Source of the DNA: Alphaproteobacteria bacterium
Lineage (GTDB): Bacteria > Pseudomonadota > Alphaproteobacteria > Bin95
Direction: 5' to 3'
Length of the DNA stretch: 64,000 bases
Assembly: GCA_965205265.1 (NCBI GenBank)
Contig: CBDBGH010000003.1
Coordinates: 3,072,001 to 3,136,000, forward strand
How positions within the stretch are numbered: the stretch's first letter is position 1; each line of letters starts with the position of its first letter. Of the stretch, positions 11,729-19,666 are shown piece after piece. The notes beneath the pieces are model-generated. The model ran no database searches and was not told the origin of the DNA. It was given only the letters and a program-made list of their open reading frames with translations. Both the position numbers and the translations under genes were made by a program.

Positions 11729-12724
11729 ATGAGCGGGCACCCATTGGCCCCGCATCTGGCAGACTTCTTCCATCATCGCCTGAACGGGCAACTCAACGCC
11801 AGCGAACATACGGTGAAGAGCTACCGGGACGCCATGAAGCTACTGCTGACCTTCGCTCAGAAGCAGCTGGGCCGCGAGCCGATGCGGCTGGAAGTCGAGG
11901 ACATCGATGCCGATCTCGTCTGCCGGTTTCTGGACCATCTCGAGACGGACCGGAAGAACAGCATCGCCAGCCGAAACATCCGGTTGGCCGCCATCCGCTC
12001 CTTTTTCACGCATGTCTCCCGCTGCGAGCCAGCCCTGCTCGATCACTGTCGGAAGGTGGGCTTGCTGCCCGGCAAGCGGCAGCGCAAGCCGACGGTCCAG
12101 CATCTCGACGAGGCCGAGATCCAGGCCCTGCTCGATGCCCCGAACCTCGATACCCGCACGGGCCGGCGGGACCGGGCGATCCTGCTGCTGCTGGTACAGA
12201 CCGGACTGCGGGTCGGTGAGCTGATCAATCTTGACCTCGGCAACATCAGCCTCCAGGGTCAGGCCAGTGTCTTCTGCCTCGGCAAGGGACGCAGGGAACG
12301 CTCGACCCCGCTCCGGCAGGATACCGTGCAGGTGCTCAGCGAGTGGATGGAGGAACGGGCCGCCGGCGCCGGCGACCCGCTGTTCGTGAGCAACCGGAAT
12401 CGGCGACTCAGCCCCGACAGTGTCCAGCAACTGGTGCGCCGGCATGTCGAACGGGCGGCCCGACAGTGCCCGTCACTATCGGCCAGGCGGATCACTCCGC
12501 ACAGCTTGCGACACACCGCAGCCATGCAGCTTCTGCGTCATGGCCGGTCAATCACCGTTATCGCCTTGTGGTTGGGACACGAATCGACCATGACGACGAT
12601 GAAATACCTGCATGCGGATCAGAGGATCAAGCAGGAGGCCATGGAACTGACGCGGCCAGCGGACGTCCCACCGGGGTGCTACCAGCCAACTGACGAGGTG
12701 ATGGCCATGCTTAACGCCCTGTGA
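11729..12724 (+). CDS. RIT tyrosine recombinase C
   Basis: SEHTVKSYRD, RNIRLAAIRSFF, TGLRVGE, GKGR, HSLRH, WLGH, TMKY; ATGA overlap with ritB. Confidence 0.92.
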   Translation: MSGHPLAPHLADFFHHRLNGQLNASEHTVKSYRDAMKLLLTFAQKQLGREPMRLEVEDIDADLVCRFLDHLETDRKNSIASRNIRLAAIRSFFTHVSRCEPALLDHCRKVGLLPGKRQRKPTVQHLDEAEIQALLDAPNLDTRTGRRDRAILLLLVQTGLRVGELINLDLGNISLQGQASVFCLGKGRRERSTPLRQDTVQVLSEWMEERAAGAGDPLFVSNRNRRLSPDSVQQLVRRHVERAARQCPSLSARRITPHSLRHTAAMQLLRHGRSITVIALWLGHESTMTTMKYLHADQRIKQEAMELTRPADVPPGCYQPTDEVMAMLNAL

Positions 12725-12775
12725 AGCCACCGATTAATGCCGCGTTTTCCGGACCCGAAACCCAAGTGCAGCAAG
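12717..12775 (+). repeat. Right copy of the 59-bp perfect inverted repeat; overlaps the ritC stop codon
   Basis: Exact reverse complement of 6595-6653. Confidence 0.93.
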
Positions 12776-12887
12776 AGGGCGACACGCGGACGCCAAAGCC
12801 CCTGAGCTTGCTGTCGCGAACCTCGCGGACGGACTTGCGGGACCTGAGCGTCCAGACTCGGGTCTCGGTGAGATTGGTTCTCGGCAA
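12776..12887 (-). pseudogene. 5' stub of a phage-type integrase (arm-type DNA-binding domain)
   Basis: GGAG RBS then TTG start; LPRTNLTETRV...EVRDSKLRGFGVRVSPS fits the arm-binding pattern D..L.GFG.RV.PSG; breaks at the RIT repeat. Confidence 0.72.
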
Positions 12888-13048
12888 CGGATTTCTCCCG
12901 GCTCCGGTTGCAGCCAGGGAACAAAGGAATTGCACCCTACTTCCCCAGTTGCAGATTTTCGGGAGAAAAAACGATTCTATATCAGATAGTTAGCACCCAC
13001 CGGTGTGCATATTGGTGTTCGGTATTGTCTCAGTCTGAAATCGGGAAA

Positions 13049-13075
13049 GTCGGGCGAGGAGCGACCCCGCCCGAC
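13049..13075 (-). terminator. Probable terminator of the second lipoprotein gene
   Basis: Stem gtcgggcg/cgcccgac just past the stop at 13082, followed on the minus strand by TTTCCCGATTT. Confidence 0.5.
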
Positions 13076-13081
13076 ATGGTG

Positions 13082-14170
13082 CTACTGCCGGGTCCCAGCC
13101 CAAGCACCGACCATGACTCCCCGACCCCCGCCGGCTTCCGTCCATTCGGCACCGGCCGTGCCCGCCGCCAAACGCGGACCGCCTGCCCGGCTCGGGACAT
13201 TCGAGAACCGGCCGCCCCATGAACCGCTTGTCTGCGTCACGGTCGCGTCGTCGCGTTCCACGACTACATCCCGATTCCTGAAAGCGCCGTCCGATCCGAA
13301 GGACGCCGCGCCCAGACGCAGCCGCGCCGGAACATGGACACTCTCGAATGCCTGCGTTTGCCCGTTCGCATCGGTGGCAACCCCGGTCACGTACACGCCG
13401 CCATTGCATCCGATACAGCCGGAGATGGTGTTCGTGGCGAAATTGGCCGTGAGAGTTGTGGCGCCCTCGAACTCGCCGATCTCCACGACTCCCGAAGATC
13501 CGTAGCCATAGCCGTAAAGACCGGCACCCTGCCCTGAGTAGGTGGCCGTGCCGAGGTTCGGCAGCGTCGGCGCGCCTGAGATTTCCGGGCCGTCCACAAA
13601 GGCTCCGATTTCTGCGCCGGTAATCTGCAGGGGGGCTGTGCGTCCCTCAAGGTGCATCCAGTAGCCGCCGGCCATGTAGTCGGTCGGGTTGGCGTTGTTC
13701 CAGTTGGTATAGACCGCCGCGACCGAGACGCTGGTGCCGGTATGGGTCAGAAGCGCATCGCCGCGATAGGAGTAGCCCGACAAAATCGGTACGTAGTCTT
13801 CGCTGCCGATCCGGTCGGTCGCCGCATCGAAAACGAGACGGCTTCCGTCATTTCGCCGGACTGTCAGCCGCACATCGCGGCCATCGAATGAGGCGGAGGC
13901 CGCATCGCCTGTAATGCCCGCAACCGAACCGGCGTTCGACGACTGGGTAACACTGCCGAAGTTCGGGAGATTGCCCGCCGCTTGTGCGCCGGCGCTGCGG
14001 GTCGCATCGGGATTGGCGGCCCGAACATCGCCAAGGCTGGGAGCCGCGCCGGGATTGGGGTTAGGGGGCGCACCGGGACCGGACGGCCCTCCGTTCGAGG
14101 CGGTTCCTCCGCCTCCGCATGCTGCAAGGACGAAAACAGCGGTCAACGCCGCCAAAGTGCGAAAAGTCAT
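13082..14170 (-). CDS. TbpB-like surface lipoprotein (putative Slam substrate)
   Basis: Lipobox VLAA-C followed by GGGG and a Pro/Gly linker; DYMAGGYWM, GTATYSGQGAG, TLTANFATNTISG and GSWGGRF barrel motifs. Confidence 0.8.
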   Translation of the reverse strand: MTFRTLAALTAVFVLAACGGGGTASNGGPSGPGAPPNPNPGAAPSLGDVRAANPDATRSAGAQAAGNLPNFGSVTQSSNAGSVAGITGDAASASFDGRDVRLTVRRNDGSRLVFDAATDRIGSEDYVPILSGYSYRGDALLTHTGTSVSVAAVYTNWNNANPTDYMAGGYWMHLEGRTAPLQITGAEIGAFVDGPEISGAPTLPNLGTATYSGQGAGLYGYGYGSSGVVEIGEFEGATTLTANFATNTISGCIGCNGGVYVTGVATDANGQTQAFESVHVPARLRLGAASFGSDGAFRNRDVVVERDDATVTQTSGSWGGRFSNVPSRAGGPRLAAGTAGAEWTEAGGGRGVMVGAWAGTRQ

Positions 14171-14516
14171 GTACATTCCCTTCCTGTTGCACCCGGCGGG
14201 GTCGCCGGGCTGTTGCAAACGTTCCCAGGATTCAGGAAGGTCCCCGCCTATTCGCCAAGCGCGGGGGAGCTACCCCTTTGCCGGGTTCGGCTGTTCTATT
14301 CAGCGGGCAACCCGGCACATGCCGAGAGCCCTGGGAACGTTTGCGAGAACCAGTCTGCTTTGTGAAAATCGTCGATGCAAGCGAGGCATGATCACGGCAA
14401 TACCGCGTGCCGGTTGCCGCCCATGTCGATCGGCGCGCCGTCAGGCGCATTGCGGGTGGGCCGGACCGCGCATACCCCTCGGACGCGACTCGACTCTCGC
14501 CGGACCGAAGATACCG

Positions 14517-14666
14517 ATGACAGACGAGCCGAAGCGACCGCGTGGACGGCCCGTCGAGAAGCGGATGCCGGAACTGGTCCCGGGCGCGCCGGAGAGCAGT
14601 ACCCGCGTGATTGTGGCCGGGCCGCCGAAGATGGAGTGGGACTACCTCAAGCGCGAGGGCGAATAG
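14517..14666 (+). CDS. Small hypothetical protein (49 aa)
   Basis: MTDEPKRPRGRP...MPELVPGAPE...GPPKMEWDYLK; AT-hook-like RGRP; coding status uncertain. Confidence 0.35.
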   Translation: MTDEPKRPRGRPVEKRMPELVPGAPESSTRVIVAGPPKMEWDYLKREGE

Positions 14667-15032
14667 GTTTTGCCAGTGCGAATGAAGGACCGTCAGCTCA
14701 GATAATGGCTTGGGTCATGGCCCACTCGTTCATCGGAGGCGGAATTTGGCTTTCCCTTGAGATGAGGAATCCTGCACTAGCCATAGTCCCGGCCATACCG
14801 GACTTCTTCGTCATTCGCTGGTTCGGATGAACCGGACGGTCCCGTTCGGGATCGCGTGAGGCATGTGAGTAATCTGGCATGCGATCCCCATCAACACGCA
14901 TATGAATTCACTATAAAAAGTTCTATAATCTGTGAATTATTACTTTTTTACAGCATTTTATAACTCTCCAATCGTTATATAATTCCACAGCATCACATAA
15001 TCCGGAGACCGGCTTCGGCAAACGCCCGGCGC

Positions 15033-15527
15033 TCAGGATGCAAGACCGCGTTCCGCCGCTCTGCGGTCCGCTCCGGCCGCTATCTCCGCCCCGCGCGCAC
15101 TGCCGAAATGGGCAGCCAGAAGCGCGTCCCGCTCCTGCCTGAGACCCCGCCCGGCCATGTCCAGCAGCACCGCATCGAAGAGGAACGCCGCCATCGCCGC
15201 CTGCTCCGCAATCTGTCCGCTGCCCGGCATACGCCCCGCCAGGTCCCTCACGCCGTCGAGCAGGGCCTGCTGCTGCGCCGCGTCCAGCACAAGGCCCTCC
15301 GCGCCCGGCGGCGGCCAGTCAACGCCCTTGTCGATGAGAGCCGCCGCCTCCATGGCGCAGTCGATCAGGTAGCGCGAGATCGTCTTGCCCGCTGCATCGG
15401 CAAGCCGGCGGATACGGGCCCACTCCGCGTCCGTGCAGGAAATCGACAGATGGACCCCCGAAATCCTGTCCTTCGGACCGGGGCGCTTGCGGCCGGTCGC
15501 GCCTCTCCCCGTGGCCGCCCGCCTCAC
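15033..15527 (-). CDS. Ribbon-helix-helix (MobC/NikA-like) protein 3
   Basis: HLSISCTDAEWARIRRLADAAGKTISRYLID gives a strand-helix-G-x-x-x-S-helix pattern; 4-nt overlap with the upstream gene. Confidence 0.62.
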   Translation of the reverse strand: MRRAATGRGATGRKRPGPKDRISGVHLSISCTDAEWARIRRLADAAGKTISRYLIDCAMEAAALIDKGVDWPPPGAEGLVLDAAQQQALLDGVRDLAGRMPGSGQIAEQAAMAAFLFDAVLLDMAGRGLRQERDALLAAHFGSARGAEIAAGADRRAAERGLAS

Positions 15528-15844
15528 CGCATCGCCTCCGCCGTGAGCGCACGATAGACGAAGGCGAGCGCCTCCAGTGCCGTCGCCTCGATGCCCGACA
15601 ACGGCTCCCGCAGCGCCGCGTCCAGCGCCGTCAGACGCTCAACGCCCTCGACAAGCCCCCGTTGCTCCTCATCGCTCAAGACAAGAGCCTCACCGGTCGG
15701 ACCCTCGCCAAGGGCCGCAGCATTGCGCAGGCCGCTGGCAATCACGAACCGCGAGACCGGGTCCCCCAGCTTCGCCGCCGCCGCCTGGATCGTCGCCTTC
15801 TCCAACGGCGTGCAGTAGAGCGTCCGCTGCCGCGCCTTCCTCAT
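15524..15844 (-). CDS. Ribbon-helix-helix (MobC/NikA-like) protein 2
   Basis: QRTLYCTPLEKATIQAAAAKLGDPVSRFVIA; 4-nt overlaps on both sides. Confidence 0.62.
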   Translation of the reverse strand: MRKARQRTLYCTPLEKATIQAAAAKLGDPVSRFVIASGLRNAAALGEGPTGEALVLSDEEQRGLVEGVERLTALDAALREPLSGIEATALEALAFVYRALTAEAMR

Positions 15845-16161
15845 CCCAGGCCCTCCTCCGCCGCCAGCTGCGCATCGACCTCGGCGGCCACCCGTTCCCA
15901 GGTCTCTTCCTCGCCCTCCCGGCCCGCCATGCGCTGCTGTTCGATCCGCGACAGGATCATGACCTCCCGCAGCACCCGGCGCAGCAGTTCCGGCGAGGGG
16001 TCCGCCGCCGCCGCCGGCGTCTCCGCCGGGCCTGCCAGCCGGTGCGCGATATAACGCGAGAACGGCATGCCGGCCGTCTTCGCGCGCGCACCGATGCGGT
16101 CCCTCTCACGGTCGGTCAGCAACACGGCGCGCTGCCTGCGTTTTCCCTCGGGTCCCCTCAT
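15841..16161 (-). CDS. Ribbon-helix-helix (MobC/NikA-like) protein 1
   Basis: QRAVLLTDRERDRIGARAKTAGMPFSRYIAH; AAGGAA/GAGG RBS before the ATG at 16161. Confidence 0.62.
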   Translation of the reverse strand: MRGPEGKRRQRAVLLTDRERDRIGARAKTAGMPFSRYIAHRLAGPAETPAAAADPSPELLRRVLREVMILSRIEQQRMAGREGEEETWERVAAEVDAQLAAEEGLG

Positions 16162-16472
16162 TGGCCTCTGTTCCTTTCCCGTCGATAGCGATACAATGGG
16201 CCTGTCACAGCGCACTCATAGGTCCACTATCCTATATGCATCTCCGTAGCACTATCCCGATATCCCCGACGTCATGCCCGGCAAAAGAAGCTCCAATGCC
16301 TGCCCATCATCGAATCCTTCAATCCAGTTCCCGAATTTCCACAGAAATCACCCATCGCTGTCACCCATTGTCATAGCTATACAAGATTACCACCCTTGAC
16401 TGGCTCCCGAATGCATTGCAGGATAAGCCTTCCATGGGAGACAGGCAACGCTATACAAATAGTTAACAGGCT

Positions 16473-18125
16473 CTAACGGAATATTCGTTCGGTTACACCG
16501 AGCCCGGCCGAAGACAGGTCCGCCTTCTTCCTGAGCGCGCCGGGGTCTTTGCGCCAGACGCGGCCGACATCGTAGAACCCGTATATCTGGTAGCCCTGCA
16601 GAGCCCCGGCGCCGAGATTGTGGCCGTAGCGCACTTCCGCCAGCAGGCAGGCCCCGTCGTCGCCCGTCACCTCCGCGGGGTCGAAAGCCCGGCCGCAGCC
16701 CTCGCCCCCAAGGCCGAATTCCTCCGACGCCAGCAGCTTGGATGCGGCAAGCTGGGACCTGAAATCGGCAAGCAGCGACCAGCGGTCGCCGAGCCGCTGC
16801 AGACGCGATACGTTCAGCCGGAGCCTGGTGAAGTCCGCGCGCCCCTTCTCGCGCGACAGGTCCTTCGAGCCTCTCCGCGACTCGCCCATTACATTCAACC
16901 CCCGGTCGAGGCCCAGTCCGAGCATGTTGACGCCGCCGAGCCCGTCGGCGCTGTCGTAGTGCGCGCCCAGGCTGACGAACCGGACCCGGTCCCTCGAAAG
17001 CCGGTTGTCGAAAATCTTCGTCTCGCTGTTGCGGACGGTAAAGTCGGCGCGCAGCGACAGGTTTTCGGCCCGCGAGCGAATCAACGGGCTCACGAAGCCT
17101 GCACTGAAAGACCGGGATTTGCTTTCGATGTCCAGCTTCCGGAGAAAGTGGCCGGGCTCCGAATCCGTATGGGTGAATTGCAGCTGCAGCTTGTTGCCGT
17201 CGGTGCCGATCTGGCGCTCATGGCCGACCTCCAGATAGGTCAATTCCCGCCTGAGCCGGTCGGCGGTGACGAATCTCGCAGCCGTTCTCTCATGGGCCCC
17301 GGCAAAGGAGTTCAGGCCGGCTCCGAGCCAGAGCTGGGCGGGGCCGTTGAACCTCGTGCCGCGGTTGTCGAGGCGGACGAAGCCGTCCTCCGCATCCTCC
17401 TCGACGAGAATGACCACGTCCGCAGCGCCCGGCGTATCCTCCGCCGGGTTCAGAACCGCCTTCGACGAGATTCCGGGCAGATCCTCGATAAGCAGCAGGT
17501 AACGCTCCAGGTCTGCGATGGACAGCGGCCGCGAATTCACGATCCTCGCCGCATAGGCGTCCAGCAGCGCCTGCTCTCCGCGCAGCTCGCCCTCGATCCG
17601 TACTTCGTGGATATAGCCCTCGACGATCCGGATCCTGACCGCGCCGTCCTCGATCGTCTGCGGCGGCAGGATCGCGCGCGACAGGATATAGCCGTCATTG
17701 CGGTATCTGGCCGTGATCGCGTCGGCGATCGCGAACACCTCGGCAAACGCGATTTTCCGTCCGAGCCGGTCTTCGTACAGGGACGCCAGATCCTCGTCCG
17801 AATACACCGTCGAGCCCTCGACAACCACGCTCTCCAGCACCAGGCTCAACTCTCCCGCCTCGTCCGGCGGCACACGGAAGTCCTTGTCGAAGACCGGGCC
17901 GCGGCGAGGAATTCGCGGTGCCGCCGGCGCCCGCAGGTACCGCTCGATCTGCCCGGGGTCCACCCTCGGGGCCACCTCCGGAGGAATGGCGGGCGACGAT
18001 TGCGCAATTGCCGTTCCGGCAACCGCCGAAAACGCGCAGGCGAACAGCGCCGCCCGCAGAGGGCAATAACCGAAGAGGTCGGCAGGGTTGGAAATCCGGA
18101 AAAGCAATTTGAACCTTGGATACAA
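16473..18125 (-). CDS. ShlB/FhaC/HecB (TpsB) outer-membrane transporter, C-terminus probably truncated
   Basis: POTRA motifs YRNDGYILSRAILPPQ and IRIVEG; LERYLLLI; LDNRGT; EEFGLGG...GRAF; FYDVG; ends SAGLGVTERIFR without the last strands or terminal Phe; start codon uncertain. Confidence 0.82.
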   Translation of the reverse strand: MYPRFKLLFRISNPADLFGYCPLRAALFACAFSAVAGTAIAQSSPAIPPEVAPRVDPGQIERYLRAPAAPRIPRRGPVFDKDFRVPPDEAGELSLVLESVVVEGSTVYSDEDLASLYEDRLGRKIAFAEVFAIADAITARYRNDGYILSRAILPPQTIEDGAVRIRIVEGYIHEVRIEGELRGEQALLDAYAARIVNSRPLSIADLERYLLLIEDLPGISSKAVLNPAEDTPGAADVVILVEEDAEDGFVRLDNRGTRFNGPAQLWLGAGLNSFAGAHERTAARFVTADRLRRELTYLEVGHERQIGTDGNKLQLQFTHTDSEPGHFLRKLDIESKSRSFSAGFVSPLIRSRAENLSLRADFTVRNSETKIFDNRLSRDRVRFVSLGAHYDSADGLGGVNMLGLGLDRGLNVMGESRRGSKDLSREKGRADFTRLRLNVSRLQRLGDRWSLLADFRSQLAASKLLASEEFGLGGEGCGRAFDPAEVTGDDGACLLAEVRYGHNLGAGALQGYQIYGFYDVGRVWRKDPGALRKKADLSSAGLGVTERIFR

Positions 18126-18711
18126 TCACTGCAATTTAGTGCGCACAGTTAAGATTTCTTTCAGGACATCGTCCACAATATCTTGCCGCAGCTCGAGATG
18201 CGCGCCCCGCCTCCTGAAGGATCCGGAGCCCGGGCATTGTGTCTTCCGTCCGCACGGGCTTCGGGTCGCGGAGCCGGAGCCGGTCCGGGCAAGCGGCACG
18301 CCAGCCATCCCTCCCGAACGCTGCCGGTCCAGTCTTCGGGAAAAGCCGGCGCGATAACCGACGCGGCCTCCGCCACGCGGCGTCACGCCGTCCGTCTGCA
18401 TCCCGTGCGGTCCATGCGCTGTCATGATGCTGCTTCCCCCAACAGTCCCCCGAGCCGACGCAATTAGCAGCGGGCAGACCCGGAACAAAATGCTTTTTCA
18501 GGACGAATCCATGCCTCAAGCTTATATGGCCGACTCGCAGCCGGACCTCGGCCCGGGAACGGCCTCCCGGCAGCTCAAGCTCAGGTGGACCGCGGGAGCT
18601 GCTTGAGCCATAGTTATGGAGTCCGGCTCGCCAGCCTCCTGCCGAATGCACTCTCCAGCGAAGGGCGGCAAAGGCGTTCGGCGCGCCGTCCGGATGAACG
18701 GGAGCTCAAAC

Positions 18712-19494
18712 ATGGCGGCGGTGTCACTGGCCGATATCCGGGTTCGGCCCATCCGGTCGGACAATGTCTGGCGCTGGCTTTCCGCAGGATGGAGCGACAT
18801 GTGGCGGCGCCCGGCGATCAGCCTGGGCTACGGGCTGTTCGTCGCCGTGCTGAGCTATCTCGTATTCGCCTGCCTTTACTTCTTCGATGCGGTCTATCTG
18901 TTCCTGCCGCTGGCGGCCGGCTTCATGTTCGGCGGCCCCCTCATCGCCGTCGGCCTCTACGAGATGAGCCGGCGGTACAAGGAGGGCGCGGCGTTCGGCC
19001 TGCCGGACGTTCTGGGCGCGGTTCGGCACGCGCCCCTGCAGCTCGCCTATATGGGGATGGTCCTGCTGCTGTTCGCGCTCCTGTGGATACGGATCGCGAC
19101 GCTGCTGTTCGCTCTCTTCTTCGGCTCTTCGACGCCGCCGCTCGACGGCCTGTTCGAGTCGCTGTTCCTCTCCATGCAGGGCGCGGCCTTCCTCGCGGTC
19201 GGCACCGCGACCGGGGCGGTGCTCGCCTTCGCGGCCTACGCGATTTCGGCGGTTTCCATCCCGTTGATCGTGGACAAGGAGGTGGATGCGATGACGGCGA
19301 CCATCGCAAGCCTCGCTTCCGTTCGCGACAATTTCGTGCCCATGATGCTGTGGGCGTGGCTGATCGCGATCTTCACCGCCGTTGGCATCGCGACGCTGTT
19401 TCTGGGGCTGATCCTGTTCTTCCCGCTATTGGGCCATGCAAGCTGGCACTGCTACCGGGACGTGCTCGGCATGGCGGACGGGGAACCCGCATAG
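18712..19494 (+). CDS. DUF2189-like membrane protein (often near cbb3 loci)
   Basis: WLSAGWSDM, GPLIAVGLYEMSRR, PLLGHASWHCYR; convergent with ccoS. Confidence 0.8.
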   Translation: MAAVSLADIRVRPIRSDNVWRWLSAGWSDMWRRPAISLGYGLFVAVLSYLVFACLYFFDAVYLFLPLAAGFMFGGPLIAVGLYEMSRRYKEGAAFGLPDVLGAVRHAPLQLAYMGMVLLLFALLWIRIATLLFALFFGSSTPPLDGLFESLFLSMQGAAFLAVGTATGAVLAFAAYAISAVSIPLIVDKEVDAMTATIASLASVRDNFVPMMLWAWLIAIFTAVGIATLFLGLILFFPLLGHASWHCYRDVLGMADGEPA

Positions 19495-19507
19495 ACGGAC
19501 CGGCGGC

Positions 19508-19666
19508 TCAACTGTCGCGGTCGCGTTCCTCCTCGTCGATCAGGATGCGCTCCGAGGCGCCGTCGAGATCGTCGAACTGGCCGCTCTTCAAGGCCCAGAG
19601 GAACGCGGCGAGACCGACCAGCCCCAGCAGCAGGGCGGCCGGAATGAGGATCAGCAGCATGTTCAT
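19508..19666 (-). CDS. ccoS: cbb3 oxidase maturation protein CcoS/FixS
   Basis: LIP...FLWALKSGQFDDLDGASERIL; ATGA overlap with ccoI. Confidence 0.92.
   Translation of the reverse strand: MNMLLILIPAALLLGLVGLAAFLWALKSGQFDDLDGASERILIDEEERDRDS

Noticed and set aside
16460-16476. IS5-like end (GTTAACAGGCTCTAA)
   Set aside because: No transposase sequence upstream and no partner inverted repeat found; too short to support.
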